A stretch of DNA of 64,000 nt from a bacterium (lineage in GTDB: Bacteria > Calescibacteriota > Calescibacteriia > Calescibacteriales > Calescibacteriaceae), in assembly GCA_030550715.1 (NCBI GenBank), contig JAUQOU010000002.1, forward strand, positions 23,785 through 87,784, written 5' to 3'. This document shows positions 27,244 to 37,079 of the stretch, in pieces (the first letter of the stretch is position 1; the number at the start of each line of letters is the position of its first letter). Below the pieces are notes generated by a model. It was given only the letters and a program-made list of their open reading frames with translations, was not told the DNA's origin and did no database searches. A program made the translations under genes and the position numbers.

Positions 27244-28827
27244 TTAAACTGGGTAGACGCCGTGTTTTCTTCGCATTCTAAGAACCTGTTTTTTCTCGGT
27301 AAGTTCTAATGCCCAGAAAAGAACTCTTTTTGTTTCTCTTGGGTCTATCACATCATCTATAAATGCCCATCCCGCTGGTTTTTTGATGTCTATATATGGT
27401 CTTATTGCTTCTGCCATCTGCTGAGCGAACTCTCTTGCCTCCTGCGGACTCATATTTTCAATTTGTTTTTTTGCGAATATAGAGACCATACCTTCAGGTC
27501 CCATTACAGATATTTCTCCTGTTGGCCATGCTACTATTATATCTGGGTCAAAGGATTTTCCACACATGGCATAGTATCCTGCCCCGTAAGCTTTTCTTAT
27601 AATTACTGTGAATTTAGGGACTGACGCTTCTGCTACCGCGTGGATCATCTTAGCTCCATGTCTTATCAATCCATCTTTTTCTGTTTTAGATGAGACCATA
27701 AAACCTGGGACATCTGCGAGAAAAACTATTGGTATATTGAATGCATCACAGAGCCATATAAATTTTGCTGCTTTATCAGAAGCATTTACATCAAGAACTC
27801 CACCGTAAAACATGGGGTTATTAGCGACTATTCCCACAGGATAACCTCCGATTCTTCCGAATCCAACTATTATGTTTCTTGCCCATTTTGGTTTCAACTC
27901 GAAGAACTCGCCATCATCAACGATGAGGTTTATTATTTTGTGCATATCGTATGCTTGTTTTGGATTATCTGGGAGGACATCAAGTATTGAATCTGGTAAG
28001 AGCGCGAGAGGGTCTCCATCAAATTTCTTCCTCGGTGGTTTTTCTTCGTTTGAAGAGGGCATATAAGAAAGATAATCTCTCACTGCTTTGAGACAAGTCG
28101 GGTCGTCTGGATATTCATTATCTGCACAGCCGGAAATTTCTGTGTGTATTTTAGAACCACCTAAGTTTTCCTCATCTATTTCTTCACCTGTTACCATTCT
28201 CACAAGAGATGGACCACCGAGAGCCATTGAGCTTGTTCCTTTTACCATAAAGACGACATCTGCAAGTCCGGGTATATAAGCGGTTCCTGCGTAGCCAGGT
28301 CCCATCTGAGCACAGACGAGGGGTATAACACCTGACATAAGAGATTCTTCTTTGAAGAGCCATCCGGAGTTTGCGAAAAATGCTATTGCTTCACCGGCTA
28401 TTCCACCTCCTATCGCCGCCGCTCCCGTTGGGGATACTCTTGCTCCACCGGAGTCTATAAGCCACACAAGAGGTATTTTAAATCTCAAAGATAGTTCTCT
28501 TATTCTTGTGCATTTATGTTCGTTTACGAAACCCATTGAACCACCTTTTACTGTGAAATCGTATGCTATACAGCCCACCCATCTACCGTCTATCTTTCCG
28601 AACCCTGTCACGACTCCATCTGCTGGTGTTCTTTCAGGTCCTGGCTCAGTCCCCAAAATTCCGATTTCAAAGAAGCTATCTTTATCAAAGAGAAGGTCTA
28701 TTCTTTCTCTTACTGTGAGCTTTCCTCTTTCGTGTTGTTTTTTAATTTTCTCTTCTCCTCCCATCTTTTTGATTTCTGCTCTTAGTTTATGAAGTTCTTC
28801 CACAAGTTCTCTCATTTTTTGTCCCAT
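27244..28827 (-). CDS. acyl-CoA carboxylase carboxyltransferase (beta) subunit, propionyl-CoA/methylmalonyl-CoA type
   Basis: Full-length carboxyl_transferase pattern (GKLTVRERIDLL..., GGARV, AYGAGYYAM). AAGGAGG RBS. Confidence 0.9.
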   Translation of the reverse strand: MGQKMRELVEELHKLRAEIKKMGGEEKIKKQHERGKLTVRERIDLLFDKDSFFEIGILGTEPGPERTPADGVVTGFGKIDGRWVGCIAYDFTVKGGSMGFVNEHKCTRIRELSLRFKIPLVWLIDSGGARVSPTGAAAIGGGIAGEAIAFFANSGWLFKEESLMSGVIPLVCAQMGPGYAGTAYIPGLADVVFMVKGTSSMALGGPSLVRMVTGEEIDEENLGGSKIHTEISGCADNEYPDDPTCLKAVRDYLSYMPSSNEEKPPRKKFDGDPLALLPDSILDVLPDNPKQAYDMHKIINLIVDDGEFFELKPKWARNIIVGFGRIGGYPVGIVANNPMFYGGVLDVNASDKAAKFIWLCDAFNIPIVFLADVPGFMVSSKTEKDGLIRHGAKMIHAVAEASVPKFTVIIRKAYGAGYYAMCGKSFDPDIIVAWPTGEISVMGPEGMVSIFAKKQIENMSPQEAREFAQQMAEAIRPYIDIKKPAGWAFIDDVIDPRETKRVLFWALELTEKKQVLRMRRKHGVYPV

Positions 28828-28980
28828 GGCTTCAAACCTCCTTACCTTCTTTATATTTATTTCATTTTTATATCTTGATGTTCTGTTTTCTTAAAAACGA
28901 AAAGTTTAGATTTACACTTTTTATTTTCACATAAGGATTTTGAGTTTCGGTTTTTATTCTGATATTCTCTTGAATTCTTT

Positions 28981-29868
28981 TTATTCGTACGATGGGAGAG
29001 AGATTGTTATTTTTGTTCCTTTTCCTTCTTCTGATTCTACATCTATTTTTCCGTTGTGGAGTTCAATTATTTTCTTCACAGTGCTCATTCCAAGTCCCAT
29101 ACCTTTTGTTTTTGTTGTAAAAAACGGTATAAATATTTTCTGTTTTATATCTTCTGACATACCACAACCAGTATCTGAAAATTCGCATTTTATAAAGTTT
29201 TCGTCATCGTATGTTTTTACTGTGATGATCTTTTTGATTGATTTTTCAAGGCTTTCCGCTGCGTTCATTATTATGTTGAGAAAAGCTCTTTTCAAAAGGA
29301 ATCTATCACCTTTTACAAAAATTTTATCAGAACGGTAATCTCTTTTTATCTCAAAGTCATAGCTGAATGTTTCATCTTTTATCTCCTCTATTTCTTTTAT
29401 TGATTCTTCAATTATTGATTCTACATTTTCCTTTTTCAAATTTGCTGTTTTTCCCTTGATGAATATTGTTATGTTATCGAATATTGAGTTGATTCTATCA
29501 AGAAGTGATTTTATCGGCTTCATCTTTTCCTTATCAATATCAAGAGAGATTATTCTTGTTGTAAGGGCAAAGAGTGGATTTTTTATTTCGTGAGTGAGGA
29601 AAAGGAGCATATCCTTCATTCCTTCGTATTTTTCTTCAAGAAAGAGCTCCGGCATCTTCTCTCTTATCTTTTTGATGATAGTTGGTTCATCAATTATGAG
29701 AAAGATTTTTTTCTCACCCGATTGGAAGTCAAGAACGGTATATCTTTTTTCGTTTTCTAAATTTGGACTTTTTTCTGAAATTTCTATGTTATCGTCTCTT
29801 ATGGTTATGTATATTTCCTGAGTGTTGGCTCTGTTTTTTACTTCTTCCTTCTCTTTTGACTTCACCAT
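28981..29868 (-). CDS. cytoplasmic sensor histidine kinase (no TM, no recognisable sensor domain)
   Basis: H-box THEIKNPL, N-box NIIMNAAESL, G1 DTGCGM and G2 GMGLGMS. Confidence 0.8.
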   Translation of the reverse strand: MVKSKEKEEVKNRANTQEIYITIRDDNIEISEKSPNLENEKRYTVLDFQSGEKKIFLIIDEPTIIKKIREKMPELFLEEKYEGMKDMLLFLTHEIKNPLFALTTRIISLDIDKEKMKPIKSLLDRINSIFDNITIFIKGKTANLKKENVESIIEESIKEIEEIKDETFSYDFEIKRDYRSDKIFVKGDRFLLKRAFLNIIMNAAESLEKSIKKIITVKTYDDENFIKCEFSDTGCGMSEDIKQKIFIPFFTTKTKGMGLGMSTVKKIIELHNGKIDVESEEGKGTKITISLPSYE

Positions 29869-29874
29869 AATTTT

Positions 29875-31800
29875 TTAAAGGATAAATCTTTTTCTTTCTA
29901 AAAATGAGCTCACACATATTTGGGCAATCGCTGCTGTTGAGAGCATGGGAGGAACCTCAGTAGAATCAGGGAGAGCGCTCGTATCGCATATAAAGAGAGA
30001 TTTTTCTCCAAAGACCCTTCCGGTAGAATCTACAAAACCTCTTTCTGATGTAAAGCTCATCGAACATCCACCTACTGGGAATAAACTTATCATCTCAATA
30101 TAAGATGGTTTTATTTTTTCTATGTTCAAATTCTCCACATCTTCAACTTTTTCGAAAGATGGGATATTTCTTATGGGGTGTATTACCTCTCTTGCACCGC
30201 TGAAAATTAGGGCAAGCGATAACTGTTTTATAGCGAAGATGAATTTTGCAATATCTTCTCCTTTTAGGTTTGATCGCAGAACCAGTCCAAAAGGTGTCTT
30301 TACAAAAAATGACTCTCCTTCTTCTCTGAACCAAAAAAGTATTGTTTTAGCAAAAGGATATTTTTTTGATAATGACACAAGCTCTTTTCCTTCTGCTTGG
30401 GGTTTTAGTGATGACCATACTCCCGGGGCAAATCTCACTTCCTTTGCCGTTATCTCTTCTTTTTCAAATTCAATGTAATTTGATGAATCTATCTGGTTTT
30501 GTGGGGAGTTGAAGATACCTATTATAATTCCTGCTGGATTTATTTTAACTTTTTTCCCAAGAGTTTTTTCTTTGAAGTTTGAGTTCATAAGAATTTTTGT
30601 ATTTCCGTATGGTCCAGCACATAGGAAAACCGCTTTCGCTTCTGCAAGAAAGTTCGCCTTTGTGTTCCCAAACTCATCTTTCACTTTTCCTTCAAGAAAC
30701 CATTTTCTATTCCTGTAAATCCTTTCTACTTCAAAACCAACATATAAATTTGCTCCAAAATGCACAGCGTACTTTACAAACTTTTCAAGTGGAAGAATTT
30801 TCTCTCCTGTTATCAGGTTGATTTTATCTCCTTCAAGTTTTCTGAAATTTTTATGTGGCAAGCCAAGATAGTTTGAGATCTTCTCTATTATATTGCTTTT
30901 TGAGTTATTTTCACCTTTTGCTCTTGAATTTATTATTTCTTCTGCAAGTTTAACCGCGTCATCAAACATTATGTCTTTTGTTGATATTCCATGATATTTT
31001 CTCCATTTCTCTTTCGTTTTGTCTCCCATTCTTTCAAAGATTGAAAAAGATAAATTGGCAAGACCTCCAACACCTCTCCCAAATAGAGCATTTGTGTTTG
31101 TCAGACCAGAAACGGGAAATAAAGATAGCATTTCCGAACTCTGAGCGAGGTATATAGATGGAAAATCAGTATCTTGAAAGTAACCTTTCTCAAGAATTGA
31201 AACAGAAATATCTTCTCTCGACAATCTTTCAGCAATCATGCACGCGGATACTCCAGAACCAACTATTATGACATCTGAAACTATTCTGATATCTCTTCTT
31301 ATGAATTTGCCAAACCTTATTCTTTCTATATCCCATTTTATTTCTCCTGAACCTTCAAACTTTATTTCCTGTGGTTCTGGCGGGAACTCCCACTCTATTT
31401 TTGGAATGTCATAAATTATTGGTTTTCCGTCAGATGAAAATCCGACTTTGTGGTTCCCGAAAGCATCCCAGAAAGAAAGAGTTGAGACAAATCTCAAAAT
31501 TCTGAAGGTGTTCTGAATTATCTTTTTCTCTGATTTTGACATTCTGAGTATTACTCTTTGTGTTCTGTATTCGTCAAGAGAAAGGAAGTCCCCTCCCTCT
31601 GAGAAAAATGAGTATATATCAAGAAAGTGAAGGCATATCTGAATTATATTTCTTTTTTTCTCGTCCCCACTTTTTAAAATCTGCAGGAGAATCTGAATTT
31701 GCTTCTCAATTGTTTCTATCTCTTCTTCTTTTCTAGGGAAGTCAAAAGGAAAGACGAATCTTGAAAATTTTCTGAGCTTGGCTATATCTCTTTCTGTCAT
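29875..31800 (-). CDS. GMC-family FAD-dependent oxidoreductase with about 170-aa N-terminal extension
   Basis: Rossmann motif VIIVGSGVSACMIAERL. C-terminal GMC motif GGCSM...VDSTGRVFGEKSLFICDTSALP. Confidence 0.7.
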   Translation of the reverse strand: MTERDIAKLRKFSRFVFPFDFPRKEEEIETIEKQIQILLQILKSGDEKKRNIIQICLHFLDIYSFFSEGGDFLSLDEYRTQRVILRMSKSEKKIIQNTFRILRFVSTLSFWDAFGNHKVGFSSDGKPIIYDIPKIEWEFPPEPQEIKFEGSGEIKWDIERIRFGKFIRRDIRIVSDVIIVGSGVSACMIAERLSREDISVSILEKGYFQDTDFPSIYLAQSSEMLSLFPVSGLTNTNALFGRGVGGLANLSFSIFERMGDKTKEKWRKYHGISTKDIMFDDAVKLAEEIINSRAKGENNSKSNIIEKISNYLGLPHKNFRKLEGDKINLITGEKILPLEKFVKYAVHFGANLYVGFEVERIYRNRKWFLEGKVKDEFGNTKANFLAEAKAVFLCAGPYGNTKILMNSNFKEKTLGKKVKINPAGIIIGIFNSPQNQIDSSNYIEFEKEEITAKEVRFAPGVWSSLKPQAEGKELVSLSKKYPFAKTILFWFREEGESFFVKTPFGLVLRSNLKGEDIAKFIFAIKQLSLALIFSGAREVIHPIRNIPSFEKVEDVENLNIEKIKPSYIEMISLFPVGGCSMSFTSERGFVDSTGRVFGEKSLFICDTSALPDSTEVPPMLSTAAIAQICVSSFLERKRFIL

Positions 31801-31850
31801 CTATTTTTATTTTAACAATTTTCAAGTTTGCGGCTTGATAGGTTCAGATA

Positions 31851-32195
31851 CTACCATACTGTGAATATAATTTTGCAATCCTGGTCTAATATGAATTTTC
31901 TTTTTATGTTAGTTTTGGTTTCTGGTGGTGAGAGTTCTATCTGAATGACGGTTTTTCCAGAAAATCTTTCTCCGTATCCTTTTTTACAATCATCGTATGC
32001 TTTTTTCATTGCCTTCACATCATCTTCAATTCTTTGGGAAAGGTAGGGTAGCGGAGATAATTTTGATACCTGAAAAGCAAAGAGGATCAAAGAACTTGTG
32101 AGAAGGAGCGACATAGAGATCAGTGCGAATGCACTTAATTCCTTGCGAAAAATATCTTTCAATTGAGATAAAGAATTTTTGAATTTCTCTTTCAT
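31851..32195 (-). CDS. hypothetical single-pass membrane protein
   Basis: One TM helix. The start overlaps the GH57 stop by 4 nt (ATGA), which suggests coupled translation. Confidence 0.4.
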   Translation of the reverse strand: MKEKFKNSLSQLKDIFRKELSAFALISMSLLLTSSLILFAFQVSKLSPLPYLSQRIEDDVKAMKKAYDDCKKGYGERFSGKTVIQIELSPPETKTNIKRKFILDQDCKIIFTVW

Positions 32196-33628
32196 ATGAG
32201 AAAAGACCTGAAAAGTTTGTCAAATGTTTCTATAAACTCCATATTTTCATTTTCACCTTGCCACCAGAACCAGTCGCTTCCTTCGGCTGGGAGAATACTT
32301 TCAGTTTCATATCCTTTTTTCATTTTTGCTTTCGCAAGCTCTTCCCAGTATCTATTTTTCTTTTCATTGCCTATCCATTTTAAGAACGTTCCGTCTATCC
32401 AGCTTCCCGCCTTCACATAATCTATAAATATTATTGGGTTATTTTCAAGGTATTCTATCTCATCAAGTTTTACTGTTTCTATCCATTTTTCTTTCTCTAT
32501 TGTTGAGTAGAGGTTTTCAAGGAAGAACTTTCCGTTTTCAGGATAGTATTCCCAGCAGTTTTCTCCGTCAAGTATAACAGAAACAATTGGAGAGAAATCT
32601 ATGCTATCGTATATTCTTTTGAGATGTGAGATGAAGTCCTCTACTGCTTTTTTCTGGTCCCAGCTGTGGTAAGAGAAGCTTATAAGGTCGCTGAGATGAG
32701 AATCTCTGAAAAGGGCAAAAATTCTGTCTCTGAAAACGAACCTTGAGTATATTTTTTCTCTTCTTTGCTCTTTTGTTGAGTTGAAAAAGATCTTTTCATC
32801 TGTTGCGACAACTTTGATGAATTCGCTGGCTACCTCAAGGAATTTGTTGCTTACTGCTCCTTCTGAGGGCCAGAAAGAAAACGGTTTCTTACCGAATATA
32901 TTTTCAAATTTCACTACCGCTTTTTTTATATGCAGAACTGCGTCTTTTTCGAACAAGAACCTATCTATGCTTGGAAGATTTATGTTTGGAACTGCTTCGC
33001 GTGCGGATTCAATATCAAGCAAAAGCGGAGTTATAGGGTGGTAATAGGGAGATGTAGATATTCCTATCTTCTCACTATCTTTTGCTTTTTTGTAGCTCGG
33101 TATTATCTTTGATATATGCTTTTTTATTTCTTTGAGAAAAGATGCAATTTCATCTTCTCCGAAGTTATTTTCTTTTTCTTCAAGTGCTTTTATTATTTTG
33201 CTCTCTGATAGTATGTTTCCACACCAAGAAAGGGTATATATTACTGCAATATCTCTTTCGCTTTTTGCTTTTGTGATTTTATCTTGAACTTTTGCAGAAA
33301 GAAGGGGAGAAAGGGATTTTAACAAACTTTTCAGGAAATCTGAGTCCTGTCCACTATGTTGATTTTTTATGATTTCAATCAATCTGCATTTTATTTCGCT
33401 CTTCCCATCTATTACTTCTGTGTATTTTTCTATCTGCTCGAGTAGAACGGGGGTTAGGTTGAAGTTCACTTTTATATCAAATCTTTCTGCGAATTTGAGC
33501 ATGTCAAGATAATCTTTTATTGAGTGAAGAAGAGTCCAAGGGAGTTCAAAGGTTTTTGATTTGGGATTGATGTAAAGTGGCTGATGCATATGCCACAAAA
33601 TGACAAGATAAAGTTTTTTCTCTCTCAT
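32192..33628 (-). CDS. glycoside hydrolase family 57 protein (alpha-glucan active)
   Basis: LYLVILWHMHQPLY start typical of GH57. The start is trimmed to ATG 33628 because the longer track ORF overlaps glgP. Confidence 0.75.
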   Translation of the reverse strand: MREKKLYLVILWHMHQPLYINPKSKTFELPWTLLHSIKDYLDMLKFAERFDIKVNFNLTPVLLEQIEKYTEVIDGKSEIKCRLIEIIKNQHSGQDSDFLKSLLKSLSPLLSAKVQDKITKAKSERDIAVIYTLSWCGNILSESKIIKALEEKENNFGEDEIASFLKEIKKHISKIIPSYKKAKDSEKIGISTSPYYHPITPLLLDIESAREAVPNINLPSIDRFLFEKDAVLHIKKAVVKFENIFGKKPFSFWPSEGAVSNKFLEVASEFIKVVATDEKIFFNSTKEQRREKIYSRFVFRDRIFALFRDSHLSDLISFSYHSWDQKKAVEDFISHLKRIYDSIDFSPIVSVILDGENCWEYYPENGKFFLENLYSTIEKEKWIETVKLDEIEYLENNPIIFIDYVKAGSWIDGTFLKWIGNEKKNRYWEELAKAKMKKGYETESILPAEGSDWFWWQGENENMEFIETFDKLFRSFLI

Positions 33629-33654
33629 GGATATTTTTTTTTCTTTTTTTTTTT

Positions 33655-35793
33655 CTAATCTTCTTTTTGTGAATCTACCTTCAGCATATTGATGTAGAAT
33701 TTTTCTGTGTACTCTTTTAGCATTCTTCTTGATGAGAATTTCGGTAGAATTGATTTTATTGATTCTTTCATTTTTTTGACCCATCTGACAGGTATTCCTC
33801 TTTCATCTCTTTCGTAGTAGAGCGGGACTATCTCGTTTTCAATTATATTATATATTTCTTCTGCGTGTTTTTTATCTATTTCTTCTCTTGGGGCATCTGG
33901 ATTTTCTTCTCCGAATATCCAGCCGTTTTTTCCGTTATAACCTTCTGGCCACCATCCATCTGATACAGAGAGGTTTAGAACTCCGTTTATTCCGGCTTTC
34001 ATGCCACTTGTTCCGCTGGCTTCAAGGGGAGGTAAGGGATTGTTAAGCCATACATCAGCTCCTCTTACAAGGTAGTGAGCTAATTCCTCGTCATAATCTT
34101 CTATGAAAGCTATTCTTCCTTCAAAATCTGGGTTTTTCGCAAATGAAAATATTGTCTGAATTGCTTTCTTTCCTTCAAGGTCTGCTGGATGAGCTTTTCC
34201 TGCAAATATAATCTGGACAGGTCTTGATGGGTTTGTAAGAATCTTTTTTAACCTCTGCGGGTCGGAAAAAATCAGAGTTGGTCTTTTATATCCTGTCATT
34301 CTTCTTGCAAAGCATATTGTGAGTATATCTGGCTCAAGAAATATACCTTCTGCCACCAGAACTGTCGGATGCGTTTTATCTTTCAGCCAACTATCTTTCG
34401 CTCTGTCAATTATATGATTTATCATTTTTTCTTTATTTTCCATATGAGCATACCAAAGCTCGTCATCTGGAATGTCATCTATAAGCGACCATATTCTTTC
34501 ATCATCTACGAGGTCTGCCCATGAAGGGGTGAGGTATTTATCAAGGAGTTTTCTTATGAAGGCGCAAAGCCAAGATGGAATATGCACTCCGTTTGTCACA
34601 TAATCTATCTTCTTCTCTTCTTTTTTGAACTCATCAAAGAGAGGTTTCCATATCCTCTTTGTTGTTTCAAGATGTTTTTTGCTGACAGCGTTGATATTTT
34701 TAGCTATTTTCATTCCCATAACTGTTGTATTGAATCCTTCTGATGGGTTTTGAGGATTCACTCCAAGCTCAAGAATTTTTTTGATATCTATTCCCAAATC
34801 TTTCAGGAAGTAAAGATGTTCTTCTACCATATAGAACGGATAGATATTTACCGCTGTTTGGAGTGGGGTATGAGTGGTAAAAAGAGAAATTTGTCCTACT
34901 GCGTCCAGTGCTTCTTTGAGAGGCATTCCGCTTTTGACAAATTCTACTGCCTGAGCCAAAAGGGCGAAGACAGGATAATCTTCGTTTATATGGAGAATTC
35001 CTATTTTTTTCCCGAGAGATTTGAGCAGAGCTATTCCTCCGAACCCGAGAACAAATTGCTGTTTCAATTTGAGTTCTTTATCGGAGACATAAAGACGAGA
35101 TGAAATATCTCTATTCCAGGGAGAATTTTCTTCTATGTTTGTATCGAGGAGGAAAAGCGTTGTTTTTCCAACTTCAACTTTCCAGATGCCGCAGTAGATC
35201 TTTTCGTCTTGTGAATAATCTATTGATATTTTGAACCAGTTTCCTTTCTCGTCTTGAAATTTTTTTGCTGGCATTACATCTTTTGAATTGTTAAGGAAAA
35301 TATCTTCCTGCCATCCGTCCTCTCTTATCTTCTGCCTTACATACCCCTGCGGATACATAAAACCTATTCCTATCATAGGTAGTCCAATATCAGAGGATTC
35401 TTTAAGTATATCTCCGCTCAAAAATCCCAAACCCCCGGCGTATATGAGGAGAGATTGGTGAAGTCCGTATTCCGCTGAGAAGAATATAACGTTTTTATCT
35501 TTGAAAAGAACTGTGTAGTTTGTTATTCTTTCAAGGTATTTTTTGAACTGGCTATATGTGAAGTTCAAAGTATTTACAAATTTTTTATTTTCAAGTGCCT
35601 TTTCTATCGCGTCTTCATTTTTCAAAAAAGCCAGTGGATTTTCTTTTGATTCCTTCCAGATTATCTCATCTATCATTTTGAAGAGTTTTTTTGCTGGGGG
35701 ATTCCAAGTCCACCACAGATTATAAGCCAGCTCTCTGAGTTTTTCCTTCAACTCCTCTTTCTCCTCTTTTGACAATTTAAATCTTTCTTCCAT
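33655..35793 (-). CDS. glgP: alpha-glucan phosphorylase (GT35, GlgP family, DUF3417 N-terminus)
   Basis: LAYNLWWTWNP N-terminus. GGLG..SGD, TNGVH and the EASGTSGMK pyridoxal-phosphate Lys region. Confidence 0.85.
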   Translation of the reverse strand: MEERFKLSKEEKEELKEKLRELAYNLWWTWNPPAKKLFKMIDEIIWKESKENPLAFLKNEDAIEKALENKKFVNTLNFTYSQFKKYLERITNYTVLFKDKNVIFFSAEYGLHQSLLIYAGGLGFLSGDILKESSDIGLPMIGIGFMYPQGYVRQKIREDGWQEDIFLNNSKDVMPAKKFQDEKGNWFKISIDYSQDEKIYCGIWKVEVGKTTLFLLDTNIEENSPWNRDISSRLYVSDKELKLKQQFVLGFGGIALLKSLGKKIGILHINEDYPVFALLAQAVEFVKSGMPLKEALDAVGQISLFTTHTPLQTAVNIYPFYMVEEHLYFLKDLGIDIKKILELGVNPQNPSEGFNTTVMGMKIAKNINAVSKKHLETTKRIWKPLFDEFKKEEKKIDYVTNGVHIPSWLCAFIRKLLDKYLTPSWADLVDDERIWSLIDDIPDDELWYAHMENKEKMINHIIDRAKDSWLKDKTHPTVLVAEGIFLEPDILTICFARRMTGYKRPTLIFSDPQRLKKILTNPSRPVQIIFAGKAHPADLEGKKAIQTIFSFAKNPDFEGRIAFIEDYDEELAHYLVRGADVWLNNPLPPLEASGTSGMKAGINGVLNLSVSDGWWPEGYNGKNGWIFGEENPDAPREEIDKKHAEEIYNIIENEIVPLYYERDERGIPVRWVKKMKESIKSILPKFSSRRMLKEYTEKFYINMLKVDSQKED

Positions 35794-35912
35794 TTATCTT
35801 TTAATTTTAAGAAAAGTGGGTCAGCAATACTGCTAATTTGGGAAAATTGCAGGTGAGATTTAAAATTAGCAGAGCGAGTTTTTGGTTCAGGATTTTTTAT
35901 ATTTAATTTGCT

Positions 35913-36974
35913 CTATAATAGATTACCTGATACAATTTGTGCTTTTTCTCTTATATGTTCTGGAAGTTCAAGGTTCAAAGATAGGGCGAGAGCCCAATCT
36001 TTTTTATAATCTTGTCCTGGTGTTGTGAGGTAATTTCCGACCATAAGGTCATCTGCTCCTGCTTTTATCACCCAATCCTGTTTATCTCCAAAAACAACTT
36101 CTCTTCCGCCTGCAACCTTTATCTGCTTTGATGGATTTACAAATCTCATCATAGATATGCACTTTGCAGCTTCGTCGGGATGCATAACAGGGATACTCTC
36201 AAGAGGAGTTCCCGGTCTTGGGTTAAGGAAGTTGATGGGAATTATTTTGGGGTCTATTTTTTTCAGCTCAAAAGCTATATCAACTCTATCTTCATTTGTT
36301 TCACCCATACCGAATATACATCCACAGCAAACACCTATTCCGTTTTCTTTTAGGATTTTTATTGTTCTCAATCTGTCTTCATAGGTATGGGTCTGGCAGA
36401 TTTTCGGGAAGTATCTCGGGGATGTCTCTATGTTGTGGTTTGAGTGAGATACACCTGCGTCTTTGAGTTTTTGAGCTTGCTTTTCTGTGAGTTCTCCTAA
36501 AGTTGCGTCTGGCTCTATTCCGGGAACTTTTTTTCTTATCTCAATTATCATTTCGCATATTATTTCTACTTCTTTATCTGTTGGACCGCGACCGGATGTG
36601 ACTATTCCGAACTTTGTCGCTCCCATCTCATACGCCTCGCGTGCTTTTTGAACCACAACTTCAACCGGTAAAAGTGGGTACCTCTGTATCTTTGTTTTCC
36701 ATTTTGTTGACTGCGCGCAGAACTTGCAATCCTCTGGACACAGACCGCTTTTTGCATTCACTATTGCGCAAAAGTCAATTTTGTTCCCTCTGAACTTCTC
36801 CCTTATCATCGTCGCACACTCAAAAAGTACCTCTATCTTCTCTGATGGAAAGTTCAATATAAACATAGCTTCCTCTCTTGTTATCTCGGAGCCCTCAAGA
36901 ACCTTTTTCGTCATCTCTTTCAGTTTCTGCTCGTATCCATCTTTTACTAATGTTTGGGGATTCATATCAGTCAT
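35913..36974 (-). CDS. bioB: biotin synthase (radical SAM)
   Basis: CPEDCKFCAQS CxxxCxxC motif and overall BioB length and pattern. Confidence 0.8.
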   Translation of the reverse strand: MTDMNPQTLVKDGYEQKLKEMTKKVLEGSEITREEAMFILNFPSEKIEVLFECATMIREKFRGNKIDFCAIVNAKSGLCPEDCKFCAQSTKWKTKIQRYPLLPVEVVVQKAREAYEMGATKFGIVTSGRGPTDKEVEIICEMIIEIRKKVPGIEPDATLGELTEKQAQKLKDAGVSHSNHNIETSPRYFPKICQTHTYEDRLRTIKILKENGIGVCCGCIFGMGETNEDRVDIAFELKKIDPKIIPINFLNPRPGTPLESIPVMHPDEAAKCISMMRFVNPSKQIKVAGGREVVFGDKQDWVIKAGADDLMVGNYLTTPGQDYKKDWALALSLNLELPEHIREKAQIVSGNLL

Positions 36975-37079
36975 ATTTTTCTTTCCTTTGTAAACCTTAA
37001 ATTTTTTTCAGGAAACTTTCTCATAAACTACATCTCGGAAAATCAAGAATCAGAATAAAGAATTTTTAATATCCTGATT

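Noticed and set aside
33629-33784. Longer start of the GH57 ORF, overlapping glgP
   Set aside because: The extension is Lys/Arg-rich low-complexity sequence translated from the poly-A spacer and the glgP 3' end. The GH57 signature begins right after the ATG at 33628.
36988-36996. TTGTAAACC resembling a BirA operator half-site 14 nt upstream of bioB
   Set aside because: I found no inverted partner (GGTTTACA-like) within the next 40 nt, so it is only a half-site match and could be chance.
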